DNA of 64,000 nt from an uncultured Gammaproteobacteria bacterium. GTDB taxonomy: Bacteria; Pseudomonadota; Gammaproteobacteria; GCF-002020875. Under the pieces are notes generated by a model, which worked only from the letters and a program-made list of their open reading frames with translations, had not been told where the DNA came from and did not search any database. The stretch covers positions 1,720 through 65,719 of the forward strand of contig CAXCCG010000004.1 of NCBI GenBank assembly GCA_963981015.1, read 5' to 3'. A program made the position numbers and the translations under genes. The first letter of the stretch is position 1; each line of letters starts with the position of its first letter. Of this stretch, positions 21,343 to 30,855 are shown in pieces.

Positions 21343-22097
21343 TTTCCGGTTTTACTCCGGAGTGGCCCGTGCCCGGTCATGTAAAAAGCTGGGTCACCAC
21401 ACGGTCAGGTGGTGTGAGTCAGCCACCCTATGATCAACTCAATCTGGCAACTCATGTTGGTGACGTGGTTGAGAGGGTGGACAAAAATAGAGCGCAACTC
21501 GAGCAGCAGCTCTCGCTTCCACAACAGCCACAGTGGCTTGAGCAGGTACACAGCTGTGAAGTTGCAACGCTCCCGGCCCCGGCTACCCACCAGACCATAC
21601 CTATAGCCGATGGCAGCTGGACTGACCAAAGTGGTGTGGTGTGTGGAGTATTAACTGCAGATTGCCTGCCGGTCCTGTTGAGTAATCAACAAGGAAGTGC
21701 AGTTGCGGCACTCCATGCCGGATGGCGTGGTCTGGCAGACGGTATACTTCAGCGGGGGGTTGCGCGTTTTATGGAGCCAGCCGATCAGTTATTGGCCTGG
21801 ATCGGGCCGGGCATTGGACAATCTTCTTACGAGGTGGGAGGCGAGGTGCGGGAGACCTTCTGCAGTCGCTACCCTGGAGCAGAGAGAAACTTTATCCCAT
21901 CACAGTCAGGGCGTTGGCTCGCCTCGATGGAGGGTTTAGCGAGAGACCAACTGCAGCAACTTAAACTGAATGGTGTGCATGGTGGTGGAAGAGACACCTA
22001 TGCAGAGGAAGATTTTTTTTCCTATCGAAGGTCGGGGGTAACAGGAAGATTTGCTACACTGATCTGGATTGAAGCAGAGCAGAAAGGTACTCAATGA
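21339..22097 (+). CDS. pgeF: PgeF/YfiH purine nucleoside phosphorylase-like protein
   Basis: EQVHS, LTADCLPV, HAGWRG and FFSYRR. Confidence 0.92.
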   Translation: MISGFTPEWPVPGHVKSWVTTRSGGVSQPPYDQLNLATHVGDVVERVDKNRAQLEQQLSLPQQPQWLEQVHSCEVATLPAPATHQTIPIADGSWTDQSGVVCGVLTADCLPVLLSNQQGSAVAALHAGWRGLADGILQRGVARFMEPADQLLAWIGPGIGQSSYEVGGEVRETFCSRYPGAERNFIPSQSGRWLASMEGLARDQLQQLKLNGVHGGGRDTYAEEDFFSYRRSGVTGRFATLIWIEAEQKGTQ

Positions 22098-22107
22098 GGA
22101 GTAAAAA

Positions 22108-22626
22108 ATGAAAAAGTGGTACATGATGTCACTGGTTGGAAAGGACCAGTCAGGAATTGTGGCACAGGTGAGTGCGGCACTGTTTGAGGCGGGTGGTGCA
22201 TTGGGGGAGACCTCAATGATGCGCTTGGGATGTAACTTTACCATTATGATGATGGTTGAGATGGAGGGGAGTGCCGACCAACTCGGAGTCGTGGTTGGGC
22301 CGGTGGCAGAGAAGCTCGGTCTCCACCTGCATATTGATGAGATTGATCCAGGTCTGCATCAACACCAGATTCCTGATCTGCGTGTTGTGGTTCATGGTGC
22401 AGATCGCCCTGGAATTGTGGCACAGGTCAGCGGTGCGCTGGCAGATTCGGGTTTTGATGTGACTGATCTGGATTCACAAGTGGGAGGCTCTGAGGCGGCA
22501 CCGATCTATATCCTGTTGATTGAAGGGGTCGCCAATAGTGGTATTGAGACCATTCATCAGGCACTGGAACCCCTCTCTACAACAGTGGATTTCCGTGTTG
22601 AAGAGATTGAAACACTCATTGGATAG
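22108..22626 (+). CDS. Tandem ACT-domain protein (GcvR-like)
   Basis: Two ACT repeats, GKDQSGIVAQVS and GADRPGIVAQVS. Confidence 0.8.
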   Translation: MKKWYMMSLVGKDQSGIVAQVSAALFEAGGALGETSMMRLGCNFTIMMMVEMEGSADQLGVVVGPVAEKLGLHLHIDEIDPGLHQHQIPDLRVVVHGADRPGIVAQVSGALADSGFDVTDLDSQVGGSEAAPIYILLIEGVANSGIETIHQALEPLSTTVDFRVEEIETLIG

Positions 22627-22641
22627 GATTGTTCACAGTCT

Positions 22642-23148
22642 ATGAAGATATTGACCTATCCTGACGCAGGCCTGAAACAGGACTGTGCGACAGTGACGAA
22701 ATTTGATGAGCCGTTGCGACAGTTTGTGACCGAACTGGAGACCTTTATGCGCTCTCAGCCGGGTGGGATAGGCATAGCTGCTCCACAGGTAGGAGAGGCG
22801 ATACGACTCTGTATTGTTGATTTAACGGGTATGACCCGGGGTAAAAAGAGACAGTCGGTACCGAATCAGGGAAGGATGGTGCTGATCAACCCGGAGATTA
22901 CCGAGTGGGAAGGGTTTGAGCTGGGACGTGAAGGGTGCATGTCGGTACCTGACTATACCGGAAATGTGATCCGGGCTACCCGTATCACCTTTACTGCGGA
23001 GGATGAGTGGGGGGAGCGGCACGAATACGAGAGTGAAGGGTTCGAGGCAAGGGCAATCCAGCATGAAGTGGACCATTTGGATGGGCTGCTCTTTCTCGAT
23101 CGGCTGGTCAGCCGTCGTAGCGACCTGTTTCAACGCAAAAAAAGATGA
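22642..23148 (+). CDS. def: Peptide deformylase
   Basis: GIGIAAPQVG, EGCMSVP and QHEVDHLDG. Confidence 0.93.
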   Translation: MKILTYPDAGLKQDCATVTKFDEPLRQFVTELETFMRSQPGGIGIAAPQVGEAIRLCIVDLTGMTRGKKRQSVPNQGRMVLINPEITEWEGFELGREGCMSVPDYTGNVIRATRITFTAEDEWGERHEYESEGFEARAIQHEVDHLDGLLFLDRLVSRRSDLFQRKKR

Positions 23149-23224
23149 GTTTTTCTTCCTCAATTTGACAGATTTTCAGGATGGCAACAAAGGGTGGTCC
23201 GCTGTGCTCAACGGGGTGGAGATT

Positions 23225-23295
23225 AAGAAAGCGCCCGGTTGGCCTTCACGAGGAGGAGGGAGGAAGACCAACCGGACTACACCCCTAAGGATGTG
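23225..23295 (-). ncRNA. Candidate sRNA with a CCUCCCUCCUCCU loop
   Basis: Minus-strand 13-bp stem CCGGTTGGTCTTC/GAAGGCCAACCGG (the G-U pair forms only on minus), a CU-rich loop and a TTTCTT tail, downstream of its own promoter. Confidence 0.6.
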
Positions 23296-23301
23296 TTCAA
23301 C

Positions 23302-23330
23302 ATTATAATTGAATGATGATTAATATGCAA
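23302..23330 (-). promoter_or_regulatory. sigma70 promoter for the candidate sRNA
   Basis: Minus strand TTGCAT-17 bp-TATAAT. Confidence 0.65.
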
Positions 23331-23462
23331 CAAAAAATTGACTAATATCATATATTGGCCGATTGTTTGCGCGTATTTTTGGCTCCTGAGAGATCTATTT
23401 TAGAGAACTATTTTTTGATCCAAGACATATTGGTTTTCATCGTTACTCGGTAGAATTTCCAC

Positions 23463-23888
23463 ATGAGTAATCAAAACATAGTTTTACGTACCATTGAGTG
23501 GAGTGAGAAGTTCTCAGTAGGTCATCCTGTTATGGATGAGCATCACAAAACTTTGCTGGAGTACATCAATCAACTGATTGAAATCGTGCAGAGCGATATT
23601 CATGAAGAACAGGTACGCTGGCTGATACATTTACCAAAATTTCAGATCTACGCAGATCGTCATTTTACAGTGGAAGAGAGACTGCTTTCAAAGGTAAATT
23701 TCCCAAATTTGGATGAACAGATTCAACAGCATGGCAACTTCTCTGACCGGATTTCAAGATTGATTGCTCAAGGGGGGCTGGCTGGAGACCCCTGCCACTT
23801 TGCGGAGAGTATGATGCATTGGTGGACGGACCATGTTCTGGTTCACGATATGGCATACAAACAATATATGGTTCAACTCCAAGAGTAG
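23463..23888 (+). CDS. Bacteriohemerythrin
   Basis: WSEKFSVG, DEHHKTL, HFTVEE, QH and HVLVHD. Confidence 0.85.
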   Translation: MSNQNIVLRTIEWSEKFSVGHPVMDEHHKTLLEYINQLIEIVQSDIHEEQVRWLIHLPKFQIYADRHFTVEERLLSKVNFPNLDEQIQQHGNFSDRISRLIAQGGLAGDPCHFAESMMHWWTDHVLVHDMAYKQYMVQLQE

Positions 23889-23919
23889 CAGACGGCTACC
23901 CCAAACTAAAAACTGTTAA

Positions 23920-24182
23920 GGAACCTCTGAACAAGTCTGGGTAATTTGAATTACGTCCATAGTGTTCAAGATCAAGGCGCACCCCAGGGTGTCTCTCTCG
24001 ACGTAATACGTCTCACCTTGAAAGATCGCAGCCAATACCCCAGGGCACCTTCTCTTGCGCAAGCGCAATTCACCTTGTAGCGGGCTATTAGCAAGGTTTT
24101 CAACCGAGGAACGAGGTCGAGCAACGAAGATATTGAGCGCTATGGGCGTTAGGCATTTACACATGACTTATTCAGGGGTTCC
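23920..24182 (+). mobile_element. MITE copy 1 (IS5-like ends, 263 bp)
   Basis: TIRs GGAACCTCTGAACAAGTC / GACTTATTCAGGGGTTCC, flanked by a TTAA duplication. Confidence 0.85.
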
Positions 24183-24256
24183 TTAACACTCAGGCCTGCT
24201 CATTGTGTTAACAGTGTGTGTTCAAATCGTGTAAGAGGGGCAGTGGTGCAGGGCGT

Positions 24257-24853
24257 TTATCCCATCCAGCGTTTGCGAATCCAGTAATCTACACTGACCA
24301 GGCGACCAGCACCGAGAGCAAACAGTGCCAGCAGCATGATCAGATAAGTGGCGGCCCACTCAGCGCCATTGTTGGAGATTACGAAGTTACCACTGGCGGT
24401 GAGCCACTCATAATTGCCATGCTCTTGCAGGATTGAGCGTGCAGCCTCCAGGCGCTCGCCAGCTTCTGTAATATCTGCAGGAGGGAAAGGGCTCATTTTA
24501 TCGGCAACAGCCTGCCAGCCATGTTCCAGATGGACAGAGAGGATGGCAACTGCCATGGTGGCCATCAGTGGTATGGAGATCCAGCGTACACCAAAGCCAA
24601 ACAGCAACATCACGGCTCCAACAACCTCGGAGGCTGTGGCCAGAAAGGCCATTAACCAGGGAAAGGGTAGTCCCAGTCCCCATTCGCTATTACCGAACCA
24701 CTGCACAATATCTTCAAATCCATTGAGTTTATTGGTGCCGGCGATCCAGAATACCGGTGCCAGGTAGAGCCTGAGTGCAAGTGGTGCGAGAAAGTCGAGG
24801 TTGCTGCGACTTCGGTCGAGCAGGTTTTGTAGTGAGGTGAGTAATTGTGTCAT
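24257..24853 (-). CDS. DoxX family membrane protein (HvfX-like)
   Basis: LALRLYLAPVFWIAG, WFGNSEWGLG and NNGAEWA; last gene of the DUF692 cluster. Confidence 0.85.
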   Translation of the reverse strand: MTQLLTSLQNLLDRSRSNLDFLAPLALRLYLAPVFWIAGTNKLNGFEDIVQWFGNSEWGLGLPFPWLMAFLATASEVVGAVMLLFGFGVRWISIPLMATMAVAILSVHLEHGWQAVADKMSPFPPADITEAGERLEAARSILQEHGNYEWLTASGNFVISNNGAEWAATYLIMLLALFALGAGRLVSVDYWIRKRWMG

Positions 24854-24870
24854 GAGGTGACTCTTGATCT

Positions 24871-25635
24871 CTATTGTGTAGTCTTATAGCCGAGTAATAT
24901 GCCCCGGCTCAGTAAATTATTGAGCATCTGTGCGCCCTGTTGTAGCAGGGTTTCATTCAGCTCCAGGCCAGATTCCTGGGCAATGGTGTCCATGGCCTGT
25001 TGTCCGCTGATGTTCGTTTCTGTATGAATCAGTTCCAGTAGTCGTGATACAAATGGAGAGGACTCCATAAAGTGGATTTCACCATCACGGTCGCGGTAGA
25101 CCACTAGGAAATGGGGCTGTGGAGAGGGGGCAAGCGGGATTTGATCCACTGCAATGGTGTGTACGGGGAAGCTGTACTGTAGTGACCGTACCAGTGGAGA
25201 GAGAACAGGGACCCCTTGTAGAGGGTCTAAACGTCTGTTTCCATACTCCCAGTCAGGCTCATCAGTAGAGATACTAAGCTCCAGTTCGACCCACTCATAG
25301 TGAGCAAGCTCCAACAGAAAAACAGGATCTTCAGGGTTTGAATGGCTACGATTCTGTAGAAACTCTAGGAACTCCATAGGAATTTCAGCGAAGTAGGGGG
25401 TGGTGCAGCGGTAGTCACGGATAAATTCAGCAACCAGACTGTTCCAGGCCGAGTCACTGTAGAGAGTACGGAGGACAGGAAACCCTGTGGAGAGGAAATC
25501 CTCGATGTTATTGTAAAAAAGCTCTTGATAGACACCCATTCTGCGACGTTCAACACCTTGTGGTAGCTCTGCTCCGTTCAGTCCACGAATATTGGCAGCA
25601 AACTGCTGCTGTAATTTTTGTGTCGGATTCAACAT
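24871..25635 (-). CDS. DUF2063 RiPP-recognition partner (HvfC/BufC-like); start 25635 or 25656
   Basis: RRMGVYQELFYNNI, TPYFAEIP and ELAHYEWVEL. Confidence 0.85.
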   Translation of the reverse strand: MLNPTQKLQQQFAANIRGLNGAELPQGVERRRMGVYQELFYNNIEDFLSTGFPVLRTLYSDSAWNSLVAEFIRDYRCTTPYFAEIPMEFLEFLQNRSHSNPEDPVFLLELAHYEWVELELSISTDEPDWEYGNRRLDPLQGVPVLSPLVRSLQYSFPVHTIAVDQIPLAPSPQPHFLVVYRDRDGEIHFMESSPFVSRLLELIHTETNISGQQAMDTIAQESGLELNETLLQQGAQMLNNLLSRGILLGYKTTQ

Positions 25636-25645
25636 CGGGTTCTCT

Positions 25646-26509
25646 TCAGGCTGCATGGTGCTCCTTTGCTGAGTTGTTAACAGCAGCCAAATCTTGATAG
25701 TGGTGAATTTGATTGATCTCCTCCAAAAGGGTCTCCATTGGGGGAATATTGAAGTCACGCTCCAGTAATGTGGGGACCTTGCCGTAGAGCTGGTAGGCTT
25801 GCTGTAACAGCTGCCAGACTGGGTCCCCGATGTCTGCACCATGGGTATCAATAATGAGGTCAGGGGCCTCATGGTAGTGACCGGCTACATGGAGATAGCG
25901 GATGCGGTCTCCTGCTATCGCATTCAGGTACTCGGTAGCATCATATTGATGGTTGACACTGTTGACGTAGATATTGTTAATATCCAGTAATAGCTCACAA
26001 CCAGACTCTTCCAGTACAGCATTGACGAATTCGATTTCACTCATTTCACTGCCAGCGGCAGCATAGTAGGAGATATTTTCTGCAACAAATGGACGTTGTA
26101 AGATATCTTCAATCTGTTGGATGCGGTTGACCACATGGTGGACCGCCTCTTCAGTGAAAGGGATTGGCATCAAGTCATAGAGATGCCCATCATCACCACA
26201 GTAGCTGAGATGTTCGCTGTAGATCTCTACTTCGTAGCGATCAAGGAAAATGCGCAACTGTTTGAGAAAGTCGGTATCCAGCGGGGTGTAGCCACCCAGG
26301 TTGAGTGAGAGCCCATGACAGATCAGAGGGACCTCGGCCACGGCCTGTTCAAGTGTTTTGATCAGCTTGCCGCCGATACCCATCCAGTTCTCTGGTGCAA
26401 CCTCCATAAAGTTGATTGCATCGGGCACACCCTGACTCAGGGCTCCTGCCATGGAGCGCCTGAGTCCGAGTCCGACACCAGAAATGGTGCGGTTTTCTGG
26501 TATCAACAT
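25646..26509 (-). CDS. DUF692 multinuclear non-heme iron oxidase (HvfB/BufB-like)
   Basis: GLGLRR, EVAPENW, HGLSL, SEHLS, ENISYY, LLDINNIYVN, HVAGH, DTHG and LLERD. Confidence 0.93.
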   Translation of the reverse strand: MLIPENRTISGVGLGLRRSMAGALSQGVPDAINFMEVAPENWMGIGGKLIKTLEQAVAEVPLICHGLSLNLGGYTPLDTDFLKQLRIFLDRYEVEIYSEHLSYCGDDGHLYDLMPIPFTEEAVHHVVNRIQQIEDILQRPFVAENISYYAAAGSEMSEIEFVNAVLEESGCELLLDINNIYVNSVNHQYDATEYLNAIAGDRIRYLHVAGHYHEAPDLIIDTHGADIGDPVWQLLQQAYQLYGKVPTLLERDFNIPPMETLLEEINQIHHYQDLAAVNNSAKEHHAA

Positions 26510-26512
26510 GGG

Positions 26513-26866
26513 TTAGGCCTTACCACCACACTTCCCTTCACCACACTTCCCTTCTTTACTCTTGGGAGCAGGCTTGGAACCACCGCATTTACCTTCACCA
26601 CATTTTGCCTCTTTGGTTTTGGCTCCACCGCAGCTGCCTTCACTGTTCTTGGAACCACCACAGCTACCCTCTTTGCTCTTGGAGCCACCACATTTGCCTT
26701 CACCACTTTTAGAGCCACCGCACTTACCTTCCATGCCGGCAATCTGATAACCGCCAGGCAGTTCAGTCAGGCCGAACGGGTTGGTGGCGGCCTCAACAGT
26801 GATGGCTGAAGAGAGGCTCAGTGCAATACCGGTTGCAATAGCAATGGAAGTTTTTCTGTTTTTCAT
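26513..26866 (-). CDS. Secreted Cys-repeat RiPP precursor (HvfA/oxazolin, bufferin-like)
   Basis: Sec signal peptide, NPF motif and eight E[GA][KS]CG repeats, directly upstream of DUF692. Confidence 0.88.
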   Translation of the reverse strand: MKNRKTSIAIATGIALSLSSAITVEAATNPFGLTELPGGYQIAGMEGKCGGSKSGEGKCGGSKSKEGSCGGSKNSEGSCGGAKTKEAKCGEGKCGGSKPAPKSKEGKCGEGKCGGKA

Positions 26867-27014
26867 CTTTCTTTGACTCCGTAATTTCGTTATTCATAGT
26901 GTTTTGATAGAAATCTTTGAGTAGATCACACGCTATCTTTGATCTCTCAGGAGACAATACGGGGTCAGGAGTTAGATAGATTCAATTTTTTGACAAAAGT
27001 TATTTTTCTGCGCA

Positions 27015-27857
27015 TTAATGGCCTTTAACCGTAAGTCGCATTGAGAGGTCAATGGCATGGATATGTTTGGTCAGCGCACCAATTGAGATGAAATCGACAC
27101 CGGTATTGGCAATAGGATCAATCTGTTGTTGAGAAACGTTACCAGAGACCTCCAGTTTGGCACGCTGCTGGTTGAGTGCAACAGCCTGCTCCATTTCTGA
27201 AATGGAGAAGTTATCCAGCATAATGATATCGCTGCCCGCATTGATTGCCTGCTGCAGTTCATCAAGAGACTCTACCTCAATCTCCACCGTTTTACCGCTA
27301 GTCTGTTTCCTTGCCGCGTTGATTGCAGCTTCAATCGATCCACAAGCAGCAATATGGTTCTCCTTGATCAAAAATGCATCATAGAGGCCCAGCCGGTGAT
27401 TTTGTCCTCCACCACAGCGTACCGCATATTTTTGGGCCTCACGCAGCCCAGGAACAGTCTTGCGTGTATCAAGGATACGGGTGGTGCTCCCCTCAAGCTG
27501 CCTGATGTAGTGGCGGGTAGTGGTGGCAGTAGCAGAGAGGGTTTGTAGAAAATTCATTGCCGTGCGTTCCGCAGTAAGCAGTGTACGGGTATCTCCCTCA
27601 AGGGTCACCAGGGTCTCATTAGCCGCAGCCTCATCACCATCATTTAACTTCCAGTTTAAGATGATCTCAGGGTTGAGTTGGTGAAAGCAGGCGTTGAACC
27701 ATGCCTGACCACACAGCACCATCGGTTCCCGAGTGATGAGGGTAGCGGCTGAATGCTGTGATGCCGGAATCAGCTGTGCGGTGATATCACCTTCGCCAAT
27801 ATCCTCTTGCAAAGCCAGGGCAACACTGTGTTCTAATGAAGCGTTACTCAGGTTCAT
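27015..27857 (-). CDS. nadC: Quinolinate phosphoribosyltransferase
   Basis: ILDTRKTVPGLR, NHRLGLYD, IKENHI and IMLDNF. Confidence 0.95.
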   Translation of the reverse strand: MNLSNASLEHSVALALQEDIGEGDITAQLIPASQHSAATLITREPMVLCGQAWFNACFHQLNPEIILNWKLNDGDEAAANETLVTLEGDTRTLLTAERTAMNFLQTLSATATTTRHYIRQLEGSTTRILDTRKTVPGLREAQKYAVRCGGGQNHRLGLYDAFLIKENHIAACGSIEAAINAARKQTSGKTVEIEVESLDELQQAINAGSDIIMLDNFSISEMEQAVALNQQRAKLEVSGNVSQQQIDPIANTGVDFISIGALTKHIHAIDLSMRLTVKGH

Positions 27858-29337
27858 CAATTTTTAACTCCTGTTGAGTGGTGGCCTGTTGTTCAAGCAG
27901 TGCTGCACCATACTGAGTCATTGGTACCATTCCCTCAGTGACCGCTAACTGACGTACCTCCTCCGCAGTGATGCCATCATGCACATGAGACATCATTTCG
28001 GAAGAGACCTGCATCAGCTCATAGAGCGGGATACGGCCATGATAGCCACTCTGGTTGCAATGGTTACAGTGTGAGACAAGCTCGCTGGCACCATGACACT
28101 GTGTACAACTCTTACGGATTAGTCGTTGGGAGAGTACACCGAGCAGCGTATCCTTCAGGGTATAGGGTTCGACCCCCATATCCAATAATCGTGGAATGGC
28201 ACTGGGAGCATCGCCAGTATGAAGTGTGCTCAAGACTAAATGACCGGTATAGGCGCTTTGCAGTGCAATTCTTGCGGTTTCATGGTCACGGATCTCCCCA
28301 ATCAGAATAACATCAGGGTCGTGGCGCAGTACATGGCGAAGGTTGTTGGCAAAGGTGCTGCCAGCGGCTTCATTGATCTCAATCTGGCGAATACGATCCA
28401 GTTGATATTCAACAGGGTCCTCCAGGCTGATGATGTTGACATCGCGCTGTCTTAATTCGCGCATGGCAGCATAGAGGGTGGTTGATTTGCCTGATCCGGT
28501 AGGGCCGGTGACCAGAATCAGCCCGCTTTTCTGCTGCAGCATCTCACGAAAACAGGCTTCATCCCGGCTAAGAAAGCCGATGTCAGAGAGGGCACGTAGC
28601 CCACTTTGAGGATCAAGAATTCGAATCACAATACTCTCACCCTCCAGCACAGGCATAGAAGAGATACGTAAATCCACCTTTCGCCCCTGGTATGAGAAGT
28701 GGTGGGCCCCCCCTTGTGGGTGTCGCTGTTCAGCAATATCCATATTGCCGAGTATCTTGATACGGCTGACAATGGCAGGGTAGTGGTGTAGAGAGAGCTT
28801 TTTATTGGGTTCCAACACTCCATCGATGCGGTAACGGACCTCAACATACTGTTGCATCGGGCGCATATGAATATCTGATGCACGAGCAGTGATCGCTTCA
28901 TCGATCAGGTCAACCACTTGCTGGGAGGCTTCTAGCTGTTCATTGTTTGGCTCAATGTCAGGATTGTCAGTGGAGAGTATCAGTTGATGAGCGCTTTCAC
29001 GAGGCAGGCAGAGATGGAGTGGGGGCTTCTCTGCGGTAATATTGTAGAGGTGGTCACCGGTCTCATCGGTCTGGTGGTGCTGGGCCTCTGCCTGGAGCGT
29101 GGTACCGTTGGAGAAGATGATCCTGAAGGGAAAATTGCGGCCAGCGGGATAGGGCTTGTAGTAGTAGAAATGGCTCATCTCATCCATGGGTATGGTGTGT
29201 TGAGTATTACTGGAAGAGGGCATGAATTGCACTTGCCTCTTCTGTGAATCGATCTCCAATAGTTGACCGTAGAGAATCTCTCCACTGTTCAGGTGGCAGG
29301 CAAGAGGTCTGTTATTCATGCTCAAGCCAGCTCTCAA
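27844..29337 (-). CDS. GspE/PilB family assembly ATPase
   Basis: ASDIH, GPTGSGKST, EDPVEY, RHDPDVILIGEIRD, GHLVLSTLH and CxxC pairs. Confidence 0.9.
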   Translation of the reverse strand: MRAGLSMNNRPLACHLNSGEILYGQLLEIDSQKRQVQFMPSSSNTQHTIPMDEMSHFYYYKPYPAGRNFPFRIIFSNGTTLQAEAQHHQTDETGDHLYNITAEKPPLHLCLPRESAHQLILSTDNPDIEPNNEQLEASQQVVDLIDEAITARASDIHMRPMQQYVEVRYRIDGVLEPNKKLSLHHYPAIVSRIKILGNMDIAEQRHPQGGAHHFSYQGRKVDLRISSMPVLEGESIVIRILDPQSGLRALSDIGFLSRDEACFREMLQQKSGLILVTGPTGSGKSTTLYAAMRELRQRDVNIISLEDPVEYQLDRIRQIEINEAAGSTFANNLRHVLRHDPDVILIGEIRDHETARIALQSAYTGHLVLSTLHTGDAPSAIPRLLDMGVEPYTLKDTLLGVLSQRLIRKSCTQCHGASELVSHCNHCNQSGYHGRIPLYELMQVSSEMMSHVHDGITAEEVRQLAVTEGMVPMTQYGAALLEQQATTQQELKIDEPE

Positions 29338-29764
29338 TGGTTGGAGAGGTTCCGGGGGGGCCAGAGAGCAGCGCAGTGATGGTGCGACGCGACCCGGAGT
29401 TGGGGTGGCTGCCGAAGCTCTCTACCGTATAGAGAGCGGCGGTTTGTGTGACTGTAGCGCTGTACTCCCCCTCCCCGATGTTACCAGTCAGTGCAGGGGT
29501 AATTTGCCCATCGGTATGGTTGTTAATCGCCAGCTGTAGACCGGCCTCCGCTGCATAGAACGCCTGAGTTGAAAAGCGGAAATTAGAGGCCATCTTCTCC
29601 TCAATAGTGGCGCCTTCCATGGCCTGTAAACCGAGTGCGCTCATAAGGACCAACAGCAGCAGGCTCAGTACCAAGGTACTGCCGCGCTGGTGTTGAGTGA
29701 AGAGGAGAGGAGAGGAGTACAGGTTGAACAATGTTGGACTATGATCTGCGAACAAGTGGCACAT
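29312..29764 (-). CDS. PilX-like minor pilin (start uncertain)
   Basis: QRG|STLVLSLLLLVLMSALG, EEKMASN and AFYAAEAGL. Confidence 0.75.
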   Translation of the reverse strand: MCHLFADHSPTLFNLYSSPLLFTQHQRGSTLVLSLLLLVLMSALGLQAMEGATIEEKMASNFRFSTQAFYAAEAGLQLAINNHTDGQITPALTGNIGEGEYSATVTQTAALYTVESFGSHPNSGSRRTITALLSGPPGTSPTIESWLEHE

Positions 29765-29937
29765 TCTACTCTAAAGAGCCTCATGGAGAGAATGGATTCC
29801 TGATCGTAAAGAGTCTCTGCGGTGAATGCAGGCAGTACTGGAGATCTGGAGGGGCAATGGTCAGGGAAATGGGTACAGCACTGTAGAGACATCTTAACAG
29901 GTGAAATTAATGGCCTACCATTATACGATACCCCACC

Positions 29938-30855
29938 ATGATTGAGACCGCATTGATTGTAACTACAGTACTGCTGCTGGACCGTTGGTTGGGGCAGTTC
30001 AGAAGGCACCAGACACTGGTTGGCTTTGGGCTTTTGGGCGCACGGGTGGAGCGTATCCTGTTTCGTGGCACAGACCGCTCTACCCGAATGTGTGGGGTTG
30101 TGGGTTGGATTGCGATGGTACTCCCTGTATTGGTGGTTGCGCTGTTACTGATGCATTTGCAGGGTTTCTTATTTCTTCTGGCACAAGTGTTTACACTCTA
30201 CTTGGTGCTCAACAGCCGAACTCTCTCGGTGCAGGCGTTTGGTGTTCAGCAGGCACTGTTGCAAAAAAACCTTGCTCTGGCCCGTGAACGCCTAGGGTGG
30301 ATCGTACAGCAGGATTGTGAGCAGTTGGATGAGGAGCAGATTGCTTCGGTAACGATTGAGTCACTGCTGGAGCGTGCCAATGAGTCACTGTTTGCACCGA
30401 TCTTCTGGTTTGTGGTGGCAGGAATTCCCGGTGTACTGCTGTTTCGTGCAGTGTCGATATTGAGCTCCATGTGGAGTTACAAAAATGACCGTTACTATCA
30501 ATTTGGTTGGTTTTCAGGGCGTGCCCACCACTGGTTGTGCTGGATACCGGTACGCTTAATGGCGCTCAACTATCTGCTATTAGGAAAAAGTTCAGCGGTG
30601 GTCAATGGATGGCGCTATCAGGCGAACCTCTGTAGCAGCCAAAACAGAGGGGTCATGATGGCAACCGGTGCAAATGCCCTTCAGATTAAATTGGGAGGTG
30701 TTGCCTGGCACCATGACAAATTAATTGCCCACCCGATTCTGGGGTGTTGTCGCAGACCGTTTCCAAATGATATTGAGCGGATAATGGTACTGATTGAACA
30801 CGGGCTACTGGTCTGGATTGCTCTGCTTTGGCTGGTCGGGTTCTATTATGGTTAA
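29938..30855 (+). CDS. CobD/CbiB family membrane protein (divergent)
   Basis: ARERLGWIV, ESLFAPIFW, YKNDRYYQFGW and ALQIKLGG; some canonical residues are substituted. Confidence 0.75.
   Translation: MIETALIVTTVLLLDRWLGQFRRHQTLVGFGLLGARVERILFRGTDRSTRMCGVVGWIAMVLPVLVVALLLMHLQGFLFLLAQVFTLYLVLNSRTLSVQAFGVQQALLQKNLALARERLGWIVQQDCEQLDEEQIASVTIESLLERANESLFAPIFWFVVAGIPGVLLFRAVSILSSMWSYKNDRYYQFGWFSGRAHHWLCWIPVRLMALNYLLLGKSSAVVNGWRYQANLCSSQNRGVMMATGANALQIKLGGVAWHHDKLIAHPILGCCRRPFPNDIERIMVLIEHGLLVWIALLWLVGFYYG

Noticed and set aside
23916-24164. 82-aa ORF inside MITE copy 1
   Set aside because: It lies entirely within a palindromic repeat and is not preserved in the other copies.
26950-26990. ECF-type promoter for the DUF692 cluster (minus strand TGAATC...CGTA)
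   Set aside because: The match is too short to support without knowing the sigma factor.
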